Assembly (NCBI RefSeq): GCF_036365525.1
Contig: NC_090389.1
Location: 45,426,356 to 45,490,355, forward strand
Direction: 5' to 3'
DNA from: Heterodontus francisci
Lineage: Eukaryota
Length of the DNA: 64,000 nucleotides
The position numbers and the translations under genes are program-made. Positions within the stretch are counted from its first letter, which is position 1. The number at the start of each line of letters is the position of its first letter. Positions 53,186 to 63,514 of this stretch are shown here, piece after piece. The notes below the pieces were generated by a model that saw only the letters and a program-made list of their open reading frames with translations, ran no database searches and had not been told where the DNA came from.

Positions 53186-53579
53186 TTAGGGGCAAAGATG
53201 TCACTGTCATCCCAGTTGAAGTTTTACCCCTTGGCTCCTGATTTGGATGCATAATGATCTCTCTGCAAATGTGCCAGGCTGTTAACTACGATTACAAGCA
53301 TGCAGTAGAACGCTGGAGAATACTTCATCTTGCTTACCTTTACAACAAAAGAAAACCAAGTTTAGCATTCATTCTTTACAGTTTTTAACTGATTAATGTG
53401 AAACCATTTCAACTTTGGTTCCTGCTTAGGCCCAAATGGAATCTTTAATAGGTAAGTGGCCGGATTCAATTTGTCCATGATTGTGTACGCTCCTGTCCAT
53501 TTCACATCAAATAAGTGTTTCTCATGGGCATAGTTTTGCAACATCATGTGATCTCCTACATTATACTCAAATGGGTTTA

Positions 53580-54732
53580 CTTTTTTTTTTAGAGATACAG
53601 CACTGAAACAGGCCCTTCAGCCCACCGAGTCTGTGCCAACCATTAACCACCCATTTATACTAATCCTACACTAATCCCATATTCCTACCACATCCTCACC
53701 TGTCCCTGTATTCCCCTACCACCTACTTATACTCGGGGCGATTTATAGTGGCCAATTTACCTATCAACCTGTTTCCAAACAGCACCAAAAAATACAAACA
53801 TTGCAAAAGAGATCAGTTTCTTTCAATAATGTCATGAGTTTCTTCCCAACCCTTCCGTTTCACAATTGTCATGTCAATTACAGTTTTACATTTACAGCAA
53901 TTGAGAATATTAACGATACAGTTCGAGGGGTTTCCCATGGTTCCAGCCCCTCAGTCCAGCTTGGTGGGGGAACCTTACACTGTGGTCTTTCCCCATTGAG
54001 CCTTTGCTGCGGCTGCCCCAAGCTTTAGTGCGTCCCTCAGCACGTAGTCCTGGACCTTGGAATGTGCCAGTCTGCAACATTCGGTGGTGGACAACTCTTT
54101 GCGCTGGAAGACCAGCAAGTTTCGGGCAGACCAAAGGGCGTCTTTCACCGAATTGATAGTCCTCTAGCAGCAGTTGATGTTTGTCTCGGTGTGCGTCCCT
54201 GGGAACAGCCCGTAGAGCACAGACTCCTGTGTTACAGAGCTGCTTGGGATGAACCTTGACAAAAACCACTGCATCTCTTTCCACACCTGCTTTGCAAAGG
54301 CACATTCCAGGAGGAGGTGGGCGACCGTCTCTTCCCCACCACAGCCAACGCGGGGGCACTGTGCGGAGGGGGCGAGACTTCGGGTGTGCATGAAGGATCT
54401 GACGGGGAGGGCCCTTCTCACCACCAGCCAAGCTACGTCTTGGTGCTTGTTTGAAAGTTCTGGTGATGAGGCATTCCGCCAAATGACTTTGACGGTCTGC
54501 TCGGGGAACCATCCGACAGGATCCACCGTTTCCTTTTCCCGTAGGGCCTTAAGGACATTCCGTGCAGACCACTGCCTGATGGACCGGTGGTCAAAGGTGT
54601 TTTTCCACAGAAACTGCTCCACGAAGGATAGGTGGTATTTACCTATCAACCTGCAAGTCTTTTGGCTGTGGGAGGAAACCGGAGCACCCGGAGGAAACCC
54701 ACACAGACACAGGGAGAACTTGCAAACTCCAC
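53580..54732 (-). mobile_element. V-SINE inserted in the integrase, itself split by a Tx1/L1 fragment
   Basis: Tail at 53580-53771, V-domain at 54637-54732; host frame KYFDIKVNPFEY is restored on removal. Confidence 0.88.
53772..54636 (-). mobile_element. Tx1/L1-clade LINE 3' fragment (zf-RVT)
   Basis: AWLVVRRALPVR...CPRVGCGGEETVAHLLLECAFAKQVW; 17-bp TSD atttacctatcaacctg (53755-53771, 54637-54653). Confidence 0.88.
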
Positions 54733-55844
54733 ACTTTTATGTCAAAGTATTTCTTAATTTGATTCCATGATTTGCCTGTGTTTCTCACCACCAGTTTGTT
54801 TACTTCGGTTATGTGGTCAATCAAATTCTGTAGCCATTTATGAGTGCATGGCTGTAATGTTAATAGAGTGTTCCCTCCCAAAGTCAAGTGTCCTGGGATT
54901 TGCATTTGCCATCTAGTCATAGCCTCATATGAACTTACACCTGTGGTCTTATGTGGAGTAGATCTTATTGCCATTAGACACAGCGGAAGCATATCTGCCC
55001 ATTTTAGTGGGATGTTCTGTACGTGATTTATTCAGCATAGTCTTTACAGTTCTATTTCCTCTCTCCATGATCCCCGAGAATTGTGGATGGTGGGTGATGT
55101 GCAATTTATGCTGAATCTGCAGCAATTGTTGTAGAGCTTTAAAAATCTCCCCGGAAAGTATGGACCTTGGTCGCTGTCCACTTGGAGTGGTATTTCCCAC
55201 CTACAGAACATCTCACTAAGCAAGATATGGGCCATGGTGCATGCCTTATTATCCCTGGTAGGAAATACCACTGTCCATTTAGTAAATTGATCAGCTACTA
55301 CGAAGACGTATTCATAAATCCCCTGAGCTTTAATGAATAGGCCTACAAAATCAATTTGCATGTGCATCCAGGGACCATCTATGACCTGAGCAAGGCTCAG
55401 TTGGACTGAGATGGGGGATTGATCTGCAAACACAGTAAACACCGGTTCACGTATTGCTCCTCGACCACTGGCCACCAACAGACATGTGATATCTTCTGGA
55501 GTGTAGTGGGAGCTGAGTAGTGAACTGCTGTCAGGTGGGAGTAGAATAATGCCTACATCTCTTCTCTTAACTGTGGTGGCAGACAGAGAACCAGATTTCC
55601 TTTTTTATTACAAACCACCAACAGAGAGGGGTTACCTCCCTGAGCTTGAATGCGTGTGAGATGAGTCCATGACATGTGTTGCGGAAGCAAACACTTCTGC
55701 TGGTGCTGGGCCTTAACTTTACAGTCAGGATCATACGGATCCTGTAACTCAGAAACGTCAGGTTCAGTTACTTTAAACATAGCCGCAACTTCTATGGCTG
55801 GGTTAGATAGAACCCACCCTGGAAGTGTGAAACCTTCCATGCTG

Positions 55845-56290
55845 CTTCTTTAGCTAGGTTGGCAGCTTGGTTGTTATCTTGCATGTGTGGCAAGGAATTT
55901 TTTCTATGCGCTGATACCTTACCCACCTGACATGGAGTTCTCTGCTGTTTGAGCACATTTCAGAGCATGTGTAATAGGTTTGCATTTAGTAAAGCTTTAC
56001 CATCTAATGAACAGTACCCATTCTTGTGATATAGTGGTCATGCTAGGACTGCATTACACACATACCCACTATCAAACCAGATGTTAGTCGGATCCGATGA
56101 GGTGTAGTGGGCGGTAAGGATGACTGCGATTAGTTCAGCCTGTTGTGATGAATGGACAGGAATTTAGAACCCCATAGACTGATCAGAATTCGCCATGTCC
56201 ACTATTGCACATCCTGTTTTTGGTGTCCCATCTGCATGATATTATGATCTGTTCCATCTCTAAAGAGGGTAGTGAACACTGGCGAGGACT
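55845..56290 (-). pseudogene. Retroviral-type RNase H remnant (second RNase H)
   Basis: Manual minus-strand translation: DGTPKTGCAIV...HSSQQAELIAV...NIWFDSGYV...GYCSLDGKALLN...KVSAH...DNNQAANLAKEAA. Confidence 0.85.
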
Positions 56291-56299
56291 CCCATCATA

Positions 56300-56872
56300 A
56301 ACTAACATCAGGGGTAGAAGTGTTGTTCGTTTGGGGGTTATATCTAAATCACATTGACACAGCTCGCGTGTCTATTTACTAATTCGCTGAGAGGACACTT
56401 TCGTGTTTCCCAGCCTCATCAGGAGGTTAAGTGGAATGTGTGGAGAGTGAAGGATAATCTTCTGTAAGCCAGTCATGTAAGTAAAATGGTTAACTGCCCA
56501 AAAGGTAGCTATGAGGTGTTGTTCACAGGCCGAATAGGTATTCTCTGCCCCCTGCAGGAACTGGGAGGCATATGCAATTGGTCTCAAGGATTCTCCCCTT
56601 CGCTGGCTTAAGACAGCCGTAAGACTGGATGCAGTGGAGCTTACCTCCAGGTGGAATGGCTGCTCTGGGTCTGGTGACATTAGTGCTGTAGCCTGCTTAG
56701 TCGCTGTTTTCAAGTTCTGTGCAGTTTGTGTCTGTTCTCCTCCCCAGGTGGGTTGAATGGTCTCTCCTCATTCTCCTTTTAACAGTTTTAACAGTTCATA
56801 CAAAGGTTTAGCCATTTCTGCGAAATTAGGAATAAAATTTCTCTGATATCCCACTAACCCTAAAAAGAATTG
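56300..56872 (-). pseudogene. RT thumb and degenerate RNase H-like tether
   Basis: FLGLVGYQRNFIPNFAEMAKPLY; ALMSPDPEQPFHLEV...RPIAYAS...YSACEQHLIATFWAV; LVYDGSPRQC. Confidence 0.85.
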
Positions 56873-56876
56873 TAAT

Positions 56877-57373
56877 TGTTATGACCAGGTGAGGAAGGGG
56901 TCTCGGCATTTTCCTGGTTTGGCCATAACTGGGTTTAACTTTTAAAAACACAGTGTTTTAGCTTCCCCTCAGTGAGTCCTTGCTCACTGGTCTCTAATTG
57001 TAAGTGTAAAAGAATCAACCAGACAGGTTTTCTTAGGTTTAAACAAAAAAGGTGTAAGTTTATTAACGTTAAAATTCTAACTCAGTTAAAACTACTAAAA
57101 ATACACGACGCAACCGCACTAGCATGCACACCTGATAAACACACACACAAATTGATACAGAGGAGGAGAAAGAATTAAAGGGAAAAGGTTTGAAGTAGTA
57201 GATGGAATTCAGTTACTGGTTTTGAGTTGGATGTAAAGTCTTTGATTGAAGTTAAGTCTTGCAGTTCTCATTGGGGCCCAGTGCACACTTTCAAACTTAT
57301 TTTGCTGGTACCAGAAGGCTGCAGGGTCTTCTGTTTTGAGGCTAACGTTACTTTGGGTCCCTGGAACTTTGCG

Positions 57374-57405
<32 letters not shown>

Positions 57406-57811
57406 GTGGTTTACTATTGAAGTTCCTTTCTGTGTCAGGCACAATTCAAAAGGACTCAGGTTGGCCAGCAGGTTAGACATGTGACTAGCTCCTTTTTTGA
57501 AACAGCCTCACCTGCGAGGTTTGTGGATTCCTCCAAGCTTACCAGACACACTCAGTGGGGGGTGGAATGCTGGCTGTTACACATTCAATGACTCTCAATG
57601 TCTTTGATCATCACTATTGACGAAACCCATCCGACTAGTTGAATCCATTGTCTCTCTGGGCAACTGTCTCTCGGAATGCAAATGTGCAGCCATGTTTTCA
57701 GCCACTCAGTCCTATGGACAAAACGAGTTATGTTCAAAGTCCAGTGTTCAAATAGTGTTCCATATGATGAAATTAATATGTTTCCATTTAGCAGGTGTGG
57801 TTTCCATCACA
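56877..57811. mobile_element. Solo LTR nested in pol
   Basis: TGTTATGACC...ATCACA termini; TSD TAAT (56873-56876, 57812-57815). Confidence 0.9.
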
Positions 57812-57815
57812 TAAT

Positions 57816-59400
57816 ACTGTTTGAGATACAGGTAGGGGAAGGCTCTGTATAGTGGCTACTTTTTGCTGATCAGGTGTGTGTCCAGTGGCTGAAATCCTAA
57901 CACCTAAAAAGGTAACTTCGTCCTGCACCGACAGTGCCTTTTTTGGATTCACTTTCTGTACTGCCCTCTTTAGTAAGTCTAAGTTCATTTAAGAGGGTAA
58001 TGTGTTCTTCCACTGTCAAGGTAGCCAATAACAGATTATCTATGCATTGCAGAACTGCTTCTGGTTTAGAGAAAGTCTTAATTGCTTGTGCCATATATTG
58101 ATGGAAAATAGAGGGAGAATTATGAAATCCTTGTGGGAGACAAGTCCATGTATATCCCTGGCCCTCAAACATAAAGGTAAATTTATACTGGTCTTCATTG
58201 CAACTGGAATACTCCAAAAGCTGTGGTACAACCAGGTGAGAAAGTGGTCTAGGGTTTCCTTTCAGCCTTCACCTGGTCTTACTTTAATAGGGTTTAATTT
58301 TAAACACACCGTGTTTTTAGCTCCCCCTTGGTGAATCCTTGTTCATCACTTTCCAATTATAAGGCACAAACAGGATTTCTTAGGTTTAAAGAAGAAAAGT
58401 TGAAATTTATTAAACTTAAACTCTAATTTGCTTGATGCCTATGGATACACGACACACCCACACTAGCATGCTTACACTATACACACATGCAGATAGGGTC
58501 AGAAAGAGCAGAAGAAAAATAAAGTGGAAAAGTTTGAGGCAATCTCTGAAGAGGGTTTTTTTGTTACTGTGCTTCGAGCTCGCTGTAGAGTCCTTGATTG
58601 TAGGTAGATTTTGCTTGTTGTTGGGACTCAGTATTCTTCTTAAACCTTGTTCACTGTAGGAGACTTTTCTCTCTTGTGTCTTCAGTGGGTTTTGGAGTTC
58701 CGTGAGAAAGAGATGGGAACAGACAGGAGAGGTTGTGGTGAGCCAGCCAGGAGAGGTCTTTTCAATCCAGGAGCAAACAGCTTTCTGCAGACTCTCAGTT
58801 CAAACTGTACATTTCAGAAAAAAATCCAGACTGCCAAGCATGTTAGTCATGTGGCTGACTGGTTTGATCATGTCTGTTTGTGGATTGTATTGGAGCAGGG
58901 GATAGCTGCTTTGTTCCAAGCACTAAACTCTGTTAATATGCAAAAATATCCTTCGAGCCAGGGGCTGGAAAAACTCTTGACACAGGCCTTCCCTTCTTCG
59001 CAGCAACAATTTGAAATTTAATGTCCATGTGGCAAAATTAATGTGCCTCATTTTTGGCCTGCATGACATATGTCAATTGTGAAAAAGATAGTGGCACGGG
59101 GTGGAATAGCTGACAATAAGGAAGGGGCCTGACTGACTGTCGGGTTTTGTTTAGTGTTACCTTGTTAATGGCTCTGTAATCAATAGTCAGCTGCCAGGAA
59201 CCATCTGGCTTCCTAACAGGCGATATAGGGCAATTAGTTGTAAAAAATCCTGCCCATAAAACCTCTTGCTGCATTAATAAGGCAATGACTGTCCGTATGC
59301 AAGGAACACTTTCCCAGGGGATGGGATACTGCTTACAGGCCTTGTGTGGGTTCCCATTAATCCGAACCTCAGTATCTAATCATCCACAAATCATATTTAG
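57816..59400 (-). pseudogene. Reverse transcriptase remnant
   Basis: CPISPVRKPDGSWQLTIDYRAINKV; FWSIPV; YTWTCLPQGFHNSPSIFH; QCIDNLLL (decayed YxDD); VTFLG. Confidence 0.9.
58224..59068. mobile_element. Second solo LTR nested in RT
   Basis: TGGTACAACCAGGTGAG...ATGACA; homologous start to 18543 and 56877; no clean TSD. Confidence 0.8.
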
Positions 59401-59539
59401 AGAAAGCAAAAGCCTCGGCATTCTGTTGGATTATTATTTTTACTGTTGGCAGCTGTTGATCATGGAAAGGCAGTGTCTCATCCTTTTCAATCGCAGAAAC
59501 TGAATGAACATCCGAAATCTAGACTACACTCTCTTTCAA

Positions 59540-59880
59540 GGGTGTTCGCCACAAATAATTTTGGATGTAATCAATAATAACTCTTGCCTCCTTTAAAGCA
59601 TCGCTTCCTAGGATTCCTTTTGTATCAGACGCGGGCTATGTAGAAGAGTTCTCTTATTTTAGGTTCTTCTCTTGCTATCCTCAACTTAGTACCTTCTCCA
59701 TGGAATGCTAATGTTTCTGCCCCCGTGACTCCCTTAATCCGTTGAGGGTTTTTTTCCTGGCGCTAACTGTCTGTCTGAGTGTGGGGTATGAATGATGGTC
59801 ACTGAAGAACGGGTATCTATTAGCATTGTTTGCTGTCGGCCCCCTGGCAGCAGAGTAGTGATTACCAGTCTCCCATGTCG
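59540..59880 (-). pseudogene. Aspartic protease remnant
   Basis: MLIDTRSSVTIIH (D-T-G-like motif) at ~59790-59826; GILGSDAL near 59600-59620. Confidence 0.75.
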
Positions 59881-59929
59881 GTCATGTCTGAACCCCACCT
59901 CAGAGTGACTCTGTGGGATCTGTACCTGT

Positions 59930-62100
59930 CAATTAGCACCCTGTCCTCCTTGCCACTCTGGTGGCGAGGGACCAGGTGATGCTTCGATAATAGCTGGGCA
60001 AGCAGGATATAATCTTTGTGTTCAGCTGCTGGGCTTGGGTAGTGGCCATTGTCTGCATCATGGCTGACAACATTTCTACAGTACTAGCCAGAGCTTCTAT
60101 CCGATCCCGTGGGTGCAGTGCATAATCAGGCATATTACCCCGGGGACAGGGGGTCCTCTCCTACCCTGCAATTGGTCCAACTGTGGCAGACCTCACTTTT
60201 CCCTGCTTTCTTATTTCTTTTGGGGTCCTACACTCCTTAGCCACATGTCCTCTCCTCCCACAATTGTAACATTTCAAAGAGGGAGCTGAGCCTTAGGCCC
60301 CTCCACTACTGGTTTTTCCATGCTTTTCCCTTTATCAGTTTCAGTTCTTGCCTGACTCCTGATAAATGTCTAAGCACTCTCTGACCATTCTAGTATTCCA
60401 TCCCATGCTAACTGCTCACTAGCTGTGTGTCCCAGAGCATTCCGTGGGAAAGGTTGGATCCTTTGCAGAAATAGCTTTTTAAAAGAAGCAAACTGTCAGC
60501 TGGATTTGCCTGCATCATATTGAAGACCGTATACAATCTTTCTGCAAAAGCCATGGGGCTCTCCTGTGGACTTTGTGTAGTTCCTTTTAAAACCTTGGTC
60601 ATATCTAACTGTTTGAAGCCCAGGACCATTTGTAGTTCCTTTATAAAATATTTCCAGGGCACTGCAATATTCAATACAACCTGGGGAAGCACATCCCTCT
60701 CATCACTCTTGAATGTGGACAGGGTGACTCACTTCATGTCCTCATCAGTCAACTGGGGTTGTAATTTTTAAAAGTCATTAAACTCTGAAGGGAAAGTTTT
60801 AGTTTTGATTGGTCCCAACTGATCAGTTAACGCTTTTAAATCTCCATAGTTAAGGAGCACGGAAGTGGTGGACTCAGTAACCTCCTCCTCAGGAGGAACG
60901 GGCAGTCCTGGTTCCCCTTCCCCCCTTCTCTCGGGTCTAGCTAGTCTCCTCCATGTTGGCGTTAACTTTGCAGGACAGACAGGGAAAAGCTCTCCTTCCC
61001 TAACGTCATCCTCCTCTGAGGACTCCTGTCCTGTCTCATTATCACCTATGTGATACTCTGCTTTTGTGATGGCTGTTACAACCGCCTGCTGCTTTCCCAT
61101 CTGGTTCCACAGCCACTTATTGAAAAAAATGTTTCCTGTTGTGGGTGAGTCCAGAACTAGGGGGGCACTGTTTTAAAATTAGGGGTCACCATTTTAGGAT
61201 AGAGATGAGGAGAATTTTTTTTCTCTGAGGGTTGTGCGACTTTGGAACTCTGACTCAGAAGGTGGTGGAGACAGGGTCATTGAATATTTTTAAGGCGGAG
61301 GTAGATAGATTCTTGTTACGCAATGGAATCAAAGGTTATCGGGGTAGATCGGAGTGTGGAATTCGAGACACAAACAGATCAGCCATGGCTTATTGAATGG
61401 CGGAGCAGACTCGAGGGGCCGAATGGCCTACTTCTCCTCCTATTTTGTATGTTCGTAGGTATGTTCATATGTATGTGCATGGTCTGCCTCTTGTTGGGGT
61501 CGCTCCTGTAGCACCTTAAGGGTGCTCCGCAAGTCCTCTAACTTCTGGGTCAACTGGGTGTTTTCCTGTGTGAGAGTGACAATATTCCTCTCTGCCAACT
61601 CTAACCGCTGCTGAACTGCACCAGCCTACACAGCATTAAGCGCCTGTTGCTGTATAGGGGCAGTAGAGGATGCTAGCTGATTTTGTAACATTTCCAGCTG
61701 TGTCTGTTGCTGCTGGATCTGTTCACTTTGAGCTACCATCTGTTTTGCCTGTGACTGTATCACTTTCTCATTGTGCTGCGTATGCAACTAGATTTAAAGC
61801 CCTGTCATTCTTCCAACATTTAGCCAAGACCTGCGCCTGGATAAACTCTACTATTTCTTTGAACGGAAGTCGCTCATGTTTTCGTACACATTCTTTTAAC
61901 AGGGACTGGATACTGTCTATATTACATGTAGTAATAAACTTTTCCTCATATGTTTCCCAGAGATCCTTCTTTACACTATTCTTTCACCACACATCTTGTA
62001 CTTTAAAGAGACAGCACTGGGTCAATTTAATCTGCTGGCCCTCCTAAGAGGTTATCCCCGTAAGAATTATCGCTGGCCGAACGAAGTTCCTACATTTGTG
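59930..62100 (-). pseudogene. gag remnant: N-terminal coiled coil, capsid and CCHC knuckle
   Basis: QAKQMVAQSEQIQQQQTQLEMLQNQL...RLELAERNIVTLTQENTQLTQKLEDL (61500-61760); QSPQESPMAFAERL; KCYNCG..GHVAKEC (frameshifted, ~60228-60278). Confidence 0.82.
61120..61475 (+). mobile_element. CR1 3' end inserted in gag
   Basis: aatgtttcctgttgtgggtgagtccagaactagggg...gggccgaatggcctacttctcctcct followed by a (tatg)n-like tail. Confidence 0.85.
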
Positions 62101-62140
62101 AAACTTGCTTCAACACCCTCGGTTTACATACTAGTCAAAG

Positions 62141-62158
62141 TCCCAGGATCCGGTACCA
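62141..62158 (-). promoter_or_regulatory. Primer binding site
   Basis: TGGTACCGGATCCTGGGA starts 2 nt after the 5' LTR; the TGG start is typical. tRNA identity is uncertain (TGGTACC resembles Leu-UAA). Confidence 0.7.
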
Positions 62159-62354
62159 CTTGTAAGGTCTGGCGTTTGTTTTAATTTAATTGTAAGACTT
62201 AGATCAAGTACAATTACAGTCTAAGTTGGGCGAGCAGATCTAAAAGGGACTTACAGCTCAGACTAGCTACAAAACCACATGGGTATGAGAGTGCTTTCAC
62301 AAGCTTCACAAACTTTATTGATTTTTCCACAATAATCGTGATACTTAGCAAAGA

Positions 62355-62624
62355 TACTTAGCTGGCGGGCAGCCATAAAGACGGGGCTAAAGTGTGGCGA
62401 GTCGAAGAGACTTAGTAGTTGGCAGGAAAAAAGACAGAGGCGCAAGGGGAGAGCCAACTGTGTAACAGCCCCGACAAACAAATTTCTCTGCAGCACCTGT
62501 GGAAGAGCCTGTCACTCTAGAATTGGCCTTTATAGCCACTCCAGGCGCTGCTTCACAAACCACTGACCACCTCCAGGCGCGTATCCATTGTCTCTCGAGA
62601 TAAGGAGGCCAAAGAAGAATAGAA
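62355..62624 (+). mobile_element. Short RTE 3' end inserted in the LTR
   Basis: TSD tagcaaaga (62346-62354, 62625-62633); absent from the other LTR. Confidence 0.92.
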
Positions 62625-62646
62625 TAGCAAAGAGCAGTGGTCAGCA

Positions 62647-62744
62647 ATAAAAACAAGAAATGCTGGAAATATTCAGCACATCTGGCAGCATCTGTGGAGA
62701 GAGAAGCAGAGTTGACGTTTCAGGTCAGTGACCCTTCATCAGAA
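62647..62744 (-). ncRNA. Hammerhead mini-element with intact core and GUC triplet
   Basis: Minus strand tt CTGATGA agggtcactgacct GAAACGTC aactc; 12-bp TSD cagtggtcagca (62635-62646, 62745-62756). Confidence 0.75.
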
Positions 62745-63013
62745 CAGTGGTCAGCAGTTGCGTTCACAATGGAACACCGGTCCTCAATCTCCGGTTAACT
62801 GCAGCGTCTTGTCTCTTGATTGAAGTCAATTTTCTGTCTTCTTGATGATGATGATGACGTGCGCTTTTGGGGTCTTAAAATTTTTTAATTTATACACCAG
62901 CTTGGCTCTGTGCCATATCAGGTAAAATCCCATTTCTGTTCATCTGATTGGTCAGTCACTACCTAACTGCCCTTCCATGATGGTACTTTGGGATTGATTT
63001 AAGTCATTGTGAT

Positions 63014-63268
63014 TGAAGCCTGGCTACCCAACCCGAACCCGAACTACATGTGTCAGGTTTGGGGTAGGTCGGGATTATATTCTATGTCCAGCATTCGGGC
63101 TCGGGTTGGGTCAGGTTCGGGTTGGCTATGGTCGGGTTTGTTTTGTATTGTTTTCTTTTTAATCTACGTTTTGACGCGATTTTTTTTCTGTATGAATAAC
63201 ATGTTTGATATTTTCGGGTCGGGTTGAGCCCGGGTCAGGTTTTAATGTTCTACCCGAGCCAGGCTTTA
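63014..63268. mobile_element. Small inverted-repeat element (HINE/Helentron-like or MITE)
   Basis: aagcctggct / agccaggctt terminal IR, subterminal hairpin, tcgggt repeats; absent from the other LTR. Confidence 0.7.
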
Positions 63269-63364
63269 ATTATCATTGTCATTCAGTGGTTGGGGGGTGG
63301 GTACCAGATTTCTGATTCCTTGCTGTGTATTCATCAACAATGACCACTTAACAAGATTGATATG

Positions 63365-63514
63365 CGCCTTATATGCTTCAGGTTCTGATGAAAGGTCACT
63401 GACCTGAAACGTTAACTCTGCTTCTCTCTCCACAGATGCTACCTGACCTGCTGAGTATTTCCTGCACTTTCTGTTTTTATTTCAGAATTCCAGCATCTAC
63501 AGTATTTTGCTTTT
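63365..63514 (+). ncRNA. Hammerhead mini-element (long 3' form)
   Basis: ggtt CTGATGA aaggtcactgacct GAAACGTT aact; TSD attgatatg (63356-63364, 63515-63523). Confidence 0.75.

Larger units (their letters stand above)
53362..55620 (-). pseudogene. Integrase (zinc finger, DDE core, GPY/F-type C-terminus), interrupted
   Basis: AVHYS...WWP...CLLC; PWMHMQIDFVG; VDSDQGPYF; HPQFSGIMERGNRTVK; KWTGAYTIMDKLNPATY...WFHINQLK. Confidence 0.9.
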
